In this document: positions 12,322 through 24,890 of the stretch, piece by piece
Position numbering within the stretch: the stretch's first letter is position 1
How the letters are laid out: each line of letters starts with the position of its first letter
NCBI GenBank assembly: GCA_963514005.1
Contig: OY740808.1
Location: forward strand, 18,786,001-18,841,834
Direction of reading: 5' to 3'
From: Raja brachyura
Taxonomy: Eukaryota
Length of the DNA: 55,834 nt
Translations under genes and position numbers: made by a program
The notes under the pieces: generated by a model
Databases searched by the model: none
The model's input: only the letters and a program-made list of their open reading frames with translations
What the model was told of the DNA's origin: nothing

Positions 12322-12404
12322 TAAATAGTGTAGCCCAAACACAATATCTAAAATTACCACAAGACTAGCACCGAAGTAGAGCTGGACCTAATAATGACAA
12401 AGGA

Positions 12405-12530
12405 AAGATAGACACAGAGTGCTGGAGTAACTCAGCGGGTCAGGCAGCATCTCTAAGATAAAGGACGACCGTTCTTTTTTTTTTCTCCAGAGATGCTGCC
12501 TGACCCGTTGAGTTACTCCAGAACATTGTA
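12405..12530. mobile_element. Palindromic Penelope-derived element, centre deleted
   Basis: gctggagtaactcagcgggtcaggcagcatct ... agatgctgcctgacccgttgagttactccag. Confidence 0.75.
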
Positions 12531-12916
12531 ACTATCATTGACAAAAGAAAGAGTGATTTAACCAGTATGACTTTTATACCAGAAACTGTGTTTATTTCTG
12601 GGCTTGTTTTTGAATTTGTTGATGCCACTTAATGTTCAATATCTCCCCCAAAACCCTGAGTTACGGTCCAATTAGCAAGTAAGCTGCATTCTGTTTGGGG
12701 AAAATGTCAGAGTGTGGATGTGGGGGGCAAGGGTAGGATTGACTGCAGCAGTCTGTGGTAGTGGAATAGTTTGTGGACATCACTGCCCTAGATCAGTAAA
12801 GGTCTGCAGGGCAGGGTTCGAGTTGACGGTGAAACCTTCAGTCAACTTCTGCAGGAGAGAAGAGCAGAGTCAGGAGACGAGGGGTGGAAAGGGGTTGAGG
12901 TGAAGCACAATAAATG

Positions 12917-13130
12917 TAAAACACAAAAGTGCTGGGGGCAACTCTGTGGGTCAGGCAGCATCTATGGAGGGAATGGACAGATGGCGTTTTGGGTCTGGAG
13001 AAGGGTGTTGTGTCCATTGCCTCCACAGCTGCTAACCTGAGCCGCTGAGTTCCTCTAGCACCGTGCGTTTTGCTCCAGAACCTGCTGTTGCCCCAGAATT
13101 TTGCCCCAGAATCTGCTGTTGCTCGTGTCT
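12917..13130. mobile_element. Palindromic Penelope-derived element, diverged
   Basis: Same inverted arms. Confidence 0.65.
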
Positions 13131-13804
13131 CCTCTCTTGCCTTGGGTTGCGGCAAGAGTTAGTAGCCCGTTTTGCTTTCTCCCCGTCTCCGTTGATTCCG
13201 TTAGCCGTGAGCTGTATCTAACATTCTCCTGAGCACATGTTGGCCTGGCGAGAGCAGGCTGCTGGGTTTTGGGGGAGGGCAGGGGGAGAGTGGAAGCAGG
13301 AGCACGGCTCTGACGCGTCTGACTGCCCTCTTTGTGTTTTTTAGATGCCGTTCTCCACGAGGACAGCTGACACAATATTGCGATAAAGCAAGCGTGTTAC
13401 TTGTAGTCTGTAGCTGGGCAGTTGGCGTGCGCATGGGCTGAAACAAAAAAACCTAAAGCTGTTCGAGGTGTTCAGCGCGACATCGGCGCGCGGGCGCGCG
13501 AAAAAGACCACGGTGCGTATTCCCTCCCAGCCGTGCTGTGCTGCTCCCACTCCTCCTGAATATCCTTCAGTCACTTCATGGTGTGACAGGGCCAGGGCGA
13601 TCCAGGGGTGCTGAACAGATCAATCCTATTCACCCTTGCACTCAGCCGGACCCACTTGTGAGGCAGGACCACTGATTCCTTGTGAGGTTTCACGTCCAGC
13701 TATAATGGGGCACTTTCTCGTCTGGTATGGGATAATGTTTTGTCCTGGGTTGCATTTCAAATCGATCACTTTCTCAGAATTCCGTCTCGGGGGCTAAAAT
13801 AAAA

Positions 13805-14067
13805 CATGCTCAAAGTGCTGGGGGAACTCAGCAGGCCAGGCAACAGAGAAAACATGGAAAATAGGTGCAGGAGGAGGCCATTTGGCCCTTTGAGCCTGCA
13901 CCACTGTGGAGGGACATGGTCCGGTGACGTTTTGAGTTGCGGCCCTCTTCCAGACCCTGCTCGAAACCCTGTCCGTTCATTCCCCTCCACAGATGCTAGT
14001 TGACTTGTTGAGTTCCTCCAGCACTTTGTTTTCGGTCCAAGATTCCAACATCTGCGGTTCCTCGTGT
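13805..14067. mobile_element. Palindromic Penelope-derived element with a nested CR1 tail (about 13845-13905)
   Basis: Inverted arms interrupted by aaaataggtgcaggaggaggccatt. Confidence 0.65.
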
Positions 14068-15465
14068 TGTCCTCGAAGGAATGCTCCTGGTGTTTCACAG
14101 TGGTGCGATAGGAGGACAGGGGTCGGGGAGAAGTTTTCTTTTGCTCCTGAGAGGGCATTCGGAGAAGATGATGGATCAAGGAACTACAGAACGTCAATCA
14201 AGGCACTGGGGCCAATTGGAGAGAAACTCCATCGCCACACCATTGCTGCAGCCATGACCGGTGCACCAATGTCTCCATTGAATTGACACAACCTTGCCTG
14301 ACAATAACACTCATTGTTTACCCAGGAAGTGAGAACAGGGAACAGCACTAAAATCTAGTTGGTGTTTGAGTATAGGGGTATAGTCCATGAATGGAGGTAC
14401 AAAGTGCAGGGACCAGCTGAGGGCAACAGATAGTGTTGACGCCGTCAAACCGTGGTGGGATGTGTTCTGGGGGTCTCGTCACATGAAGGTTCCACCCCAC
14501 ACCAAAGCCCACTTGACACAGCGTTTATGCAACAAACCAGCTTCCCTATCCCAATGGCCTCTACCAAGCCAATTGGTAGGGAGATGGTTATTGTTACCCA
14601 GTTGAATGGTTCCCGGCCATCTGCCCAACATTCTGTACGTCTTGAGGCTTTCTGTGCTCAAACATTGGCCAAGAAACCAAACCTGCATTCCCGGGTGCGT
14701 TGGGGCAATCCAGGGCAGTGGCAGCTGAGGGGAGAGGCAAGTGGCCTCCTTATAGTCCTTTGGCTATGCTAGGACTGTCCTTTGATTACGTGGTGTGGCG
14801 TACTGCACGTTGATATTTTGACATCTTTCTATGTTTATTTCATCTAAAATTACCGAAGCTGCCTCGCAAAAGTATGACGTCAAAATAAGGTTCCCATCAC
14901 TGGTGTCCTCAGTTTTGATCGTTCCACAGGCTGAGTGACTGGGGCTAGTTTGTGATGGACCTTCACTGGTGTAACTCTACTTCCTGATGTGACGCTCCCA
15001 CTGGCTGCACCTTGATGCCTGGTGCTGGCATCATGAGTTGCCAGAACCACTCTATGTGTCTGTCTCTTCAGATTGAGGTGCCTATGAGCAATGTGTGCCC
15101 TTGTCACCCAAAACCAAGTTTTGAAACTTCTGATATTCTTGCTACTCCGGTGATCTTGTGTGACTATAAATGGGAGACGGGGACTTGTTATGTTAGTGAG
15201 TGGTGACTGGTCTTCCTGTTGTCTCTTCACGAGCTGACTGATTGTAGTCTGGGAGAATAGTTGGCTTCAAGGCCATATCATTCCTTTATGCATGTTTTTT
15301 AAAATGATATTAACTATGAATCTTTCTGCCCCTCTGCCCAATAAGGCAGGGAGTGGGATTATATTCTGTACTGCTTGCTCAGAATGGCTCAAAGATGTAA
15401 GCGGTGTCAGATTAAACAAGGAGCTGTCTCTTTCTTCTGCCCTTAAGTAGATGCCAGAATAATTC

Positions 15466-15675
15466 CAGACATAAGGAACTGCAGATGCAGCTTTACAAAA
15501 ACAGACAAGGTACTGGAGTGACTCAGCAGGACAGGCAGCATCTCTGAAGAACATGGATAGCTGATGTTTTGGGTCGGGACCCTCTTCATACTCAAGAAGA
15601 AGGGTCCCAATCCAAAACAACGCCCACCCATGTTCAGCAGAGATGCTACCTGACCCACTGACTTACTCCAGCACT
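15466..15675. mobile_element. Palindromic Penelope-derived element with both hammerhead remnants at the centre
   Basis: gggtcgggaccctcttca...aagaagaagggtcccaatccaaaac between inverted arms. Confidence 0.75.
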
Positions 15676-16257
15676 CTCATTTTGCCACAATAATCCTGGT
15701 CAGTTTTAGTTCTGAGCAGGTTTCATTGAGGAGACCGCACCAGAAACTGATTGGCATTGGCAACTCTATTCCTGTATGAGATATCACAACCAAACACACA
15801 GCGGCAATGGCTCTGGACTCTGCTTAGAGAAAGGGTTCTGAGAATATTTATAGTTTACAACTGTTCCCGACCTTGGTGTAGTCCAGGGATTAAAGCTCTG
15901 TGACCCTTGCCTGTGGGCTTCACTGAGAAGTGAACTGAATAGTTAGCTGTTCACTTTAACCTTGCGTTTAAAGGATGTTGAATGAAATGGTCATTGTGAA
16001 CAAAAAGTAACTTAAGGTGCAATGAACAACAGGTGGTAGAGTGACACCATGAATATCCACCTCAAAAGCAGACGGAATGACACTTTGGCAAGCTTGTATG
16101 TCTTTAAGGTAGAGGTGAAATATGGCACTGAAGAGGAGTCATGGGCGATGAAATCACTGGCATAGTTTGGGGGAATTTGTTTCCTCACCTTCTCCAAGAC
16201 AGCATGATAGTGTAAAGAGGTGCACAATTCACAGTGGTCCATTCTAGAAAAATAGAT

Positions 16258-16617
16258 AGAAACATAGAAACATAGAAAATAGGTGCAGGAGGAGGCCATT
16301 CGGCCCTTCGAGCCAGCACTGCCATTCATTGTGATCATGGCTGATCGTCCCCCATCAATAACCCGTGCCTACCTTCTCCCCATATCCCTTGACTCCACTA
16401 GCCCCTACAGCTCTATCCAACTCTCTCTTAAATCCATCCAGTGACTTGGCCCCCACTGCCCTCTGTGACAGGGAATTCCATAAATTCGCAACTCTCCGGG
16501 TGAAAACGTTTTTTTAATGACCTAAATGACCTTCCCCTTATTCTAAGACTGTGGCCCCTGGTTCTGGACCAGCCCAACATTGGGAACATTTTTCCTGCAT
16601 CTAGCTTGTCCAGTCCT
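16258..16617 (-). mobile_element. CR1 LINE 3' end
   Basis: GLDKLDAGKMFPMLGWSRTRGHSLRIRG peptide and (gaaacata)n tail. Confidence 0.9.
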
Positions 16618-16735
16618 ATGCCTCTGCCCATGGCACACGTCACTGCTGCTGCAGTTCTGTGAGAGCTCCAATTGAAATGAATGTGAAGAAACAGATACCT
16701 TCTTTGCCACTTTTGAACCTTAAACTGGCCAAAAT

Positions 16736-16972
16736 GAGTTTAGCTTATTTTCACACGTTCGGAGGTACAGTGGAAATGCTTTTGATGCGTGCTAACCAGT
16801 CAGTGGGAAAGATAATACATGATTGGAATCCAACTGTCCACAGTGTACAGATGCAGGATAAAGGGTGTAACCTTTAGTGCAAGATTAAGTCCAGTTAAGT
16901 CTGTTTAAAGATAGTCCGAGGGTCTCCATTGAGGTGGATGGGAGGTCAGGACCGCTCTAGTTGGTGATAGGT
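16736..16972 (-). mobile_element. Rex1/Babar-type 3' tail
   Basis: Homologous to 10987-11200. Confidence 0.7.
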
Positions 16973-17302
16973 AATGGGAATTCTTTATTTAACTCAGCAT
17001 AATGTGCCTCGTGGAAATGAAAATGACGCATGCTCTAATGCGAGCAAAAGCAGAGGGAATAGTAAATGGTTTACATTGTCCGACCTGAGTGGGGGGTGAC
17101 AAGGGTTCCCTAGGGTGGTCTTTGCAACGGCCTAGAGAGTTGTAGTGGCGGGAGCAATGGACCAAGTGGGGGGGGGTCATGAACATGTCTTTGTGGAAAC
17201 CATTCTCAGGATGACTGAAACTGAATGACAACCTACAGCTTAAAACGGTGAATAGATGTGAGATTCGCTGAAGAGGAGGCTTGACTCGGAAATAGACAGG
17301 AG

Positions 17303-17680
17303 GCACAAGGACCTGCAGATGTAGGAATGTTGAGCAAAAGCCACACAGTGCATGTTGGAGTAACTCAGCACCTCAGGCAGTAACTGCAGAGGACATAGAA
17401 ACATAGAATATAGGTGCAGGAGTAATTCTGCCCTTCAAACCAGCACTGCCATTCAATATGATCATGTCTGATCATCCCAGAATCAGTATCCCCGTTCCTG
17501 CTTTTTTTCTTGATTCCATTCGCCCTGAGAGCTATATCTAATTCTGTCTTGAAAAGATGGATAGGTGATCTTTTACATTGCCTCCTGAAGAAGGGTCCGG
17601 ACCCAAATCATTATCTGTCCATCCCCTCCACAGATGCTGCCTGACCCGCTGAGTTCCTCCAGTACTTGGCCTTTTTTGGT
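17303..17680. mobile_element. Palindromic Penelope-derived element with a nested CR1 tail (about 17393-17553)
   Basis: Left arm, CR1 tail, then ctgaagaagggtccggaccc and the right arm. Confidence 0.7.
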
Positions 17681-17980
17681 TGAATCAGAAATATTCAGTC
17701 ACTTTCACTAAGTAGATCAACGTCGGTGTGTTGTTACTCACTACCGAGAGAGGTTGGCGTTGCCTCAGTCCACGTGTAATCCAAGGGCCTGTAATTTCTT
17801 GGTCAGAGTTTAGATCATTCCGAAGGGGAGTTTTGGATCGAATAGGGTTTTACTTTAGGTTAAAAAGAGGAATAATCAGTTTGCAATATTATTTTTTTTT
17901 AAAAAGAAAGAAAAAAAAACGAAAAATGAACCTTGAGCCAGAAAACTAAAACTTTTATTCTGTTTATTAACCCTTTCCAG

Positions 17981-18162
17981 CCCACGAGCCTTCACAGAAC
18001 AAGGCTCCATCAGTGTCGGCTGACAGCCACTTGCAGTGCCTTTCAGTCCACTGCACAGACGACCTTACTGACTCTAAGGGCCGGAGCCCCATGCAAACTT
18101 GGAGATCTTTGCATTCGGACATCTCTAATCGATTCGGAACATTCGTGGCTGCTTTGACCTGA
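17981..18162 (+). CDS. MN1: MN1 transcriptional regulator, terminal coding exon (exon 2)
   Basis: Acceptor ttattaaccctttccAG ends at 17980. The phase-1 exon reads (A)[59 protein letters not shown], with TGA at 18160-18162. It is colinear without gaps with the human MN1 C-terminus as I recall it ([60 protein letters not shown]). Confidence 0.96.
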
Positions 18163-18900
18163 GCAGAGATGAATTTTCTTTTGATTTCTCTCGTTTATTT
18201 TCCTATTTGTTTCCCTCCTCTTGGCTGCCGCGGTGTGACAGACAGACAGACGGACTTCAAAAAATAAATAGAAGTGATAGTCACAGGAGGATCTGTTGGC
18301 CGGCACTTCAGTCCATGAGCCGCATCGGTGGCCTGGGAAGGGTTAATTCCGAGGTCGCGCCACCCAGATTTTGGCCACAACTCTTGCTCGATTCCTGGCC
18401 CGTTTGGAATGCTGAATAAACACTGCAGAGACCAATCCCAAGCTGAGCTGAACCGAATGTTTGTTTTTGGAGTTGAACGACATTCTTCCCACTGGAATCC
18501 TTGCACTTATAACCTGATTTCTCCCCCCCACCCCAGACTCCAGCCTTGCGGGTAACAACAAGGGCCTGGATGGCCAGTATTCCCCCCTCGTGTCCTCTAC
18601 ATTGGGAGTGTACAGTGCGTGATGTGCAAGCCTGAATGAACAGACTGCTGGCATGGAGTTGTAACCTCAGCCACTGTGAGCGAGCTGCAGGAAGGGGAAG
18701 CAGGCAACAGGCTGGGATGGTGGCTAGAGGTCCAGAGCTTTAATTTGTGATGGTTTGTTGACAACTTCGGACAATAATGGTACAATTGGTGATGAAATCC
18801 CAGAGAATAGAAACTCGAGTGTTTTTGCTGAACTGTTAGAATTAACTCATGTCTGGACCGTAAAAAAATAATAAAAAAAATAGAAATCAGCTGGCGGACC
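18163..18900 (+). other. MN1: MN1 3' UTR (proximal part; true end unknown)
   Basis: Repeat-free sequence after the stop codon, with AATAAA at 18263, 18415 and 18870. Which signal is used cannot be determined. Confidence 0.6.
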
Positions 18901-19314
18901 GATGCTTGAGTCAATATATTTTACACCGGGTTACACTCAATGTCATGGTTCCCGAGCCGATCGCAGCTCAATAATGTCTCACTTTCTGCAGAAAAGGGAA
19001 ATGCATTAAAGATTTTGCAAAATAACGTACTAATACATCTGATGCTTCCCATGATCTGTGTGGTTTTTGAAACTGTGTTTCTTTCACGCGGAGAGCATTT
19101 AAAATTCCTTCCTTCCGACCGGCAGTGAGCGGAGCGTTGAGGTTTCAGGGTGAATGAACATTCTCCCATCCAGGGCCTGCAGGCTCACTGACACCCACCA
19201 ACTCGCTCCCTCCCATTCCCCAACGCACCATCGCCTTACGTTACGGGGCAGAGTCCACCGGCTGGAGTTTGGGCACAAAGCTGCCCTGATCGCAGGGAAT
19301 GATTGAATGGGCGC

Positions 19315-19472
19315 AGGTTAGATTTAGCTCTGAGGGCTCAAGGAATCAGGGGATATGGGAGAAAAGCAGGAACGGGGTACTGATTTCCGATGATCAGCCA
19401 TGATCATATTGGATGGTGGTGCAGGCTCAAAGGGCCGAATGGCCTACTCCTGCACCTATTTTTCTATGTTTT
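19315..19472 (+). mobile_element. CR1 LINE 3' tail
   Basis: gatgatcagccatgatcatatt...ggccgaatggcctactcctgcacct. Confidence 0.85.
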
Positions 19473-20149
19473 CTCGGTCTTACCTGTTCCCTACATCCTA
19501 GCAGCATGGAAGGAACCAGGGGAACATCAGTGCAGGGAGGAAGGAAAAAGCCATTATCCATGCCAAAATATGGGCATTCTGGGCTAGTCCCATTTGCCTG
19601 CATTTGGCCCATAGTCATTTAAAACTTTCCTCTCCATGTATTTGCCCATGTTCCTCCTACCTGTTCCCTCATCTCTGCTGCCCTCATGTCAGCAAGTGGG
19701 CTTTTATCTTGTGATGAGTGTCCCACCCCCTGGCTCTGTGTGGCTTGCTGAAGCCCAGTCACACCTCACTCTGAAAACACTTCTCCATGCCCAGGAATTG
19801 AGCATTGAAGAGGACGCAAGTCCTGGCTGGGTGCTACAGAGGTTGGCAGGTCATGTTTCATATCCCTCGCACCCTCTCCAATCTGAAAGTACTTCAGGAA
19901 GACTAAACCCGAGGTCAGAAAGACTTGTGGTACATTGACAGTGAGGGAGACAGCCTGTGTCCTTCCACATCATTCTTCACATCATTGTAGCACAGATGCT
20001 TGTAGGCTTCACATGGGGAAGTGTCATGGCAGCCGAGGGGGACTTGCTATAATCTGATAATCCCACTCCAAGATGTGTGTTCAGGATCCATTGGGTATCA
20101 GATGACAAATGTCCACCTGCCCCAACGCCAGCAGAACCCAAGCCCCAAC

Positions 20150-20342
20150 CCCTATTCTACGTTGTTCCTTGATCTTTGTCCCTTTTGATCTCTTGTTTTC
20201 ACATCTTACCCTTCCATATCTCTATGTCTCCCTCTCCCCTGACTCTCAGTCTGAAGAAGGGTCTCGACCTGAAACGTCACCCATTCCTCACCACAGATGC
20301 TGCCTGTCCCGCTGAGTTACTCCACCATTTTGTGTCTACCTC
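20150..20342 (+). mobile_element. Penelope-like 3' UTR/terminal repeat with hammerhead core (20251-20278)
   Basis: CTGAAGA-A-GGGT-CTCG-ACCT-GAAA-CG-TC followed by the shared arm. Confidence 0.75.
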
Positions 20343-20959
20343 CAATCCAGAGTTCATTTGGGACCACTGGTTGAGATGTGAAGTCAGGGGGTTGATAATG
20401 TTCAATGGGATAATCATTGGTATGAGACGTCATGGGATGAAGCTTCTACAATGGTACTGAGCAAACTCCAGCCAATGCAGGTATCTACTTTCAGCTGCTG
20501 GTTTAATCCCCTCCACCGTCATTCACCAGGAGTGCAAACGAGATGGCTAGAGAAGGCTGTGGGTGGATTGTCCGAGGCAGGGTGCTGGAATACCAACGCT
20601 GGCCGAGCGAGTGGGGTGGGAGTGCTGGGCCATACGCATCCAGTTGTCCGGCATCCATTGCTGAGTTGTCCAGGGATGACTGTGCTCAGCTGGGCTCTAG
20701 AATAGAGTCCCTGCGGTTGTCCATAACGTGCTTGTGGTGAGAGAAGGGAGGGGAGTCCCAGCTGGGAAAGGTATGTACAGTCACTGACGTGGCATCTCAC
20801 TAAGCTCTGACGTTTCCCTTTATCATGTACCTGGGTGCAGAGGAGAACATTGGGGAAGGGTCGAACCTCCTGATCACTGCAAGGTTTCTCCATTGTTAAA
20901 TAGTCTGGGCGTGTTGGCAGGTGCTGGATGCTAATTTACCTGGCACAGGCACAACATGC

Positions 20960-22315
20960 CCCATAGTTTGGGCTCAACTTGTCCACGCTGACCATGTTAG
21001 CATTCTGGGCTAGTCCCATTTACCTGCATTTGGCCCATATCCCTCTAAACCTTTCCTATCCATATATTTGTCCAAATGTCTTAAAAGTTATTATTGCATC
21101 CACTTCTATAGCTTCCTCTGGCAGTTCATTCCAGGCACGCACTGCACTCTGAGTGACAAAGTTACCTCTGAGATCCCTCTTAACTTCTAACCTTAAGCCT
21201 ATGCTCTCTAATGTTAGAATCCTCTACCCTGGGAAAAAGACTGTGAATACTTACTTCATTCGTGCTCCTCATGATATTGTACCCCTCCATAAGGTCACTC
21301 CTCAGCCTACGCTCCATCGAAAATTATCCCAGTCTACCCACCCTCTCCCTATAACTCCAGCTCGCAAGTCCAGGGAACTTCCTTGTGAATCTCCTCTGGT
21401 GAATTTCCCCAAATCTGCATCTTTTCAACTGAATAAAATCCTTTCCAATGCTGGATGACCAGTACCGCACAAAGTATTTACTCCCCATGTGTGGTCTAAC
21501 CTACGACTTGTGGAGATGTATCATCATATCACAACCTTTGTACTCAATACCTTCCCAAGCCAAGGCAAGCATGCCTAACGCCTTCTTCACCGCAGTCCTC
21601 TCCCGCAATGCTCTGATGTTGTGTAATAAAGCCTTCTCGCCCTGACAGGCCCTGAGGTCTCTCATAAATCTCTCCCCTCTCACTTTGTGCCTGTGCCCTT
21701 TAGTTTTAGACAATAGACAATAGACAATAGGTGTAGGAGTAGGCCATTCGGCCCTTCAAGCCAGCACCGCCATTCAATGTGATCATGGCTGATCATCCTC
21801 AGTACCCCGTTCCTGCCTTCTCCCCCTATCCCCTGACTCCGCTATCTTTAAGAGCCCTATCTAGCTCTCTCTTTAAAGTATCCAGAGAACCTGCCTCCAC
21901 CGCCCTCTGAGGCAGAGAATTCCACAGACTCACAACTCTCTGTGTGAAAAACTGTTTCCTCATCTCCGTTCTAAATGGCTTACCCCTTATTCTTAAACTG
22001 TGGCCACTGGTTCTGGATTCCTCCAACATTGGGAACATGTTTCCTGCCTCTAGTGTGTCCAAACCCTTAATAATCTTATATGTTTCAATAAGATCCCCTC
22101 TCATCCTTCTAAATTCCAGAGTGTACAAGGGTAAAGAATCCTTTACCATTGGGAAAAGACTGTGACCATTCACTGCATCCATGCCCCTCATGATCTTGCA
22201 GATTTCAATAAGCTCACACCTCAGCCTCCTCCGCTCCAAAGAAAATAGCCCCGGCCCGTCCAGCCTCTGCTTACATCGCAAGTCCGCAAGCCCACAAACC
22301 CAGGCAACATCCTGG
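20960..22315 (-). mobile_element. Cluster of nested CR1 fragments (youngest at about 21708-22128)
   Basis: Peptides GLFSLERRRLRCELIEICKIMRG, FRRMRGDLIETYKIIKGLD...FFTQRVVSLWNSLP and VKKALGMLAL. Confidence 0.9.
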
Positions 22316-23093
22316 CGGAGCGGTTATTTTAATAGTTTGAGACAAGAGCATTTCTGATGCTCGGAGTAAGATTTCAGTAGCTGGGTACCTCAATCTGTTT
22401 TATCTAAAGATTTTGAATTTTTGAGTTAATATTTTATCTTTACTCTCCAACTATTATTTAGTGGTTCAACTCGAGTCCATTGTTGAAACAACAGGGGTCA
22501 TGAATTAAAATGGGAAGTGCTGGAAATGTTGAGCAGATCAGGCAGTGACTGTGAAGGGAGAATCGGCGTTAATGTTTGCAGCTGATGTCCATTTTATTAA
22601 TGTGACCTCTTCCAATGTCCCGACCTGCTGAATATCTTCACCATTGGTTGTCTAACAGTTTTATTTCATATTTCTACCATCTTCCCTTGAAGGTTAAAGG
22701 CAGTTTAGAGCTATGCTGGATACAGGGCGGGTTTAGATCAACTTTCAAAATAATAAGAATAAATGCTCAGAATCGCAGCCTGTTTTGTGACCTCCTTCCA
22801 TCTTCCATTCTGAAAGGGGTGAAGTCATTCACACTGAAACCTATTCTTTTCTGAATTATTTCCCACACTTTGTTTGTAGCACTGAAACAATGTATTTAGG
22901 AAACGTTCCCAAGAGGTCGGTTGGAGAGGGCATTTATATGGAAAGCCATGAACCTCAGCTCAGGAACTTGTTCTGCTTTCTCTGTTCTCAGGGAAACCCT
23001 TTCATTGTCAAACCTGACCTGTTTTGAAGCAATGTGCAATTTGTATTATAGGTGACTTTACACCAAGACATTTAATCTCCTTTGAACCACTAT

Positions 23094-23370
23094 AGGTTTA
23101 AGGTTTAAGGTGAAGGGGGAAAGATTTAAAAGGAACCCGAGGGGTAACGTTTTTCCACAAAGGGTGGTGCCTGTATGGAACGAGCTGCCGGATGAGGTAG
23201 TTAAGGCTGGTGCTATCGCAGCGTTTAAGAAATATTTAGACAGGTACATGGATAGGATAGGTTTAGAACGATATGGGCCAAAACGCAGGCAGGTGGGACT
23301 GGACACGTTGGTTGGTATGGGCAAGTTGCATGCTGAAGGGCCTGTTTCCATGCTGTATGACTCTATGACA
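23094..23370 (+). mobile_element. CR1/HER1 LINE 3' end
   Basis: KGERFKRNPRGNVFPQRVVPVWNELPDEVVKAG...LDRYMD plus tail. Confidence 0.9.
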
Positions 23371-24039
23371 CTGTCTGCACAAAACACCGATCTGATCAGC
23401 AGTAAGGTAACCCATGCACGGATTATATTCCTGCATTGCTGTGGATGCTGTCAGCTGCAGTGCTGCCAATGCAACCATGCAGTGGTGGGAAACAGCCTGC
23501 AAACTATACTGTTTCAGAATGGGTTTGGAAATATCTGGTCATGGGATCTGGAGGTTGTTGCCACATCCTGTCACCCATCAGCACCTTGATGAACTCGGTG
23601 ACGAGCCTCCCACCGACTTTCCAGCCTTTATACCAGTAAATAATCGGCCAAAAACATAAAGACACAAAGTACCAGAGTAACTAAGTGGGTTAGTCAGCAT
23701 CTCTGGAGAATATGTTAGTCTAAAGAACCATAGTGTGTCGATTCTGCTTGAAATTGTGAATCGAGGAAGGGCCCGAGATTTGACTTCCAGGATAGGACAA
23801 TGAAGGCACTTGTAATTCACGAGACCTGACACTCACATCTACGGACATCGCAATACTCACTATTCACACCATCAACCATGCGATTTCAAAACTTGCCCCA
23901 CTGTGTGCGAGCCAGCTGAGGCAAAGTCAGACTATGGTATGGCTGCTGAACCCATGCACCCGGTAACATCCTTAACCCTATGTAACCTTATTCCAGAATC
24001 ACATCCTTCTGGTCAGCTCTATCAAAATCAAACAGCGTG

Positions 24040-24330
24040 ATAAAGAAGGGTCCCGATCCAAAACATAGCCTATCCATGTTCTCCAGAGATGCAGCCTGAC
24101 ACGCTGAGTTACTCCAGCACTTTGTGTCATTTTTTTGTAAACCAGCATCAACCATTCCTTGTTTCGACAGGTAACATTTCAAGTCCAGACCCTTCAATCT
24201 GAAGAAGGGTCCCAAACCAAAGCATCACCTATCCACGTTCTCCAGAGATGCTGCCTGACCTGCTGAGTTACTCCAGCACGTTGTGTCTTTTTTTTTTGTA
24301 AACCACCTCCTGCAGTTCCTTGTTTCTACA
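24040..24330 (+). mobile_element. Two tandem Penelope-derived terminal repeats with a short inverted junction
   Basis: Direct copies at about 24040-24165 and 24198-24330, with inverted piece 24167-24197 between them. Confidence 0.75.
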
Positions 24331-24890
24331 TGATAAAATGGCAGTTTGGCAAAACCATATATATAATTATTAAAGTAAAGATTCCTCAGCTCAATCTAGT
24401 TCCCAACTCAAATATTTTATTTTTGGTTAATGGATACTTAAATTTGGATTCTTAATCTTTGATGATGTATAAATGGAATGAGTGCCTTATTTTGCTCATG
24501 GTCAGTGTCATGCTGTTTTATTGCGTCGTGGAGTATATTCCCAATGGCAGCTGCCTTGCTTGGTTTGATGCAGGTAGTGGCTGCAGCAAAGTGTTCCAGT
24601 GCACCTGGTGACTTTGACCAAGAGTTAGATGTTACCTGCTTTACAATCCATCTCATCGGCACTCTTCTCACATGCTCATTAAGGTCAATCATCCCACACT
24701 TGACACCTTGCAGTGTGGTCCAATTGTGTTAGTTAACAACATAATTGTTGCTGCAATTTGTACCGTGGCACCTCCCTTCCTGTGGCTTTGTTCATTCTAT
24801 AAGTGATGGTTCAATTGTACCTAGCTGAGATTCAGCCCAGTAATCAGCAGGAGCAGTGAGTCGCCTGACGTTTCATAACGATTGGATATT

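Larger units (their letters stand above)
1..17980 (+). other. MN1: Probable MN1 intron (3' part); the large exon 1 lies upstream of the window
   Basis: MN1 is a two-coding-exon gene. No exon-1-like long ORF is present here, and the region ends at the exon 2 acceptor. Confidence 0.8.

Noticed and set aside
17933-18157. Listed 74-aa ORF overlapping the MN1 exon
   Set aside because: Wrong frame; the conserved MN1 peptide is in the frame ending at 18162.
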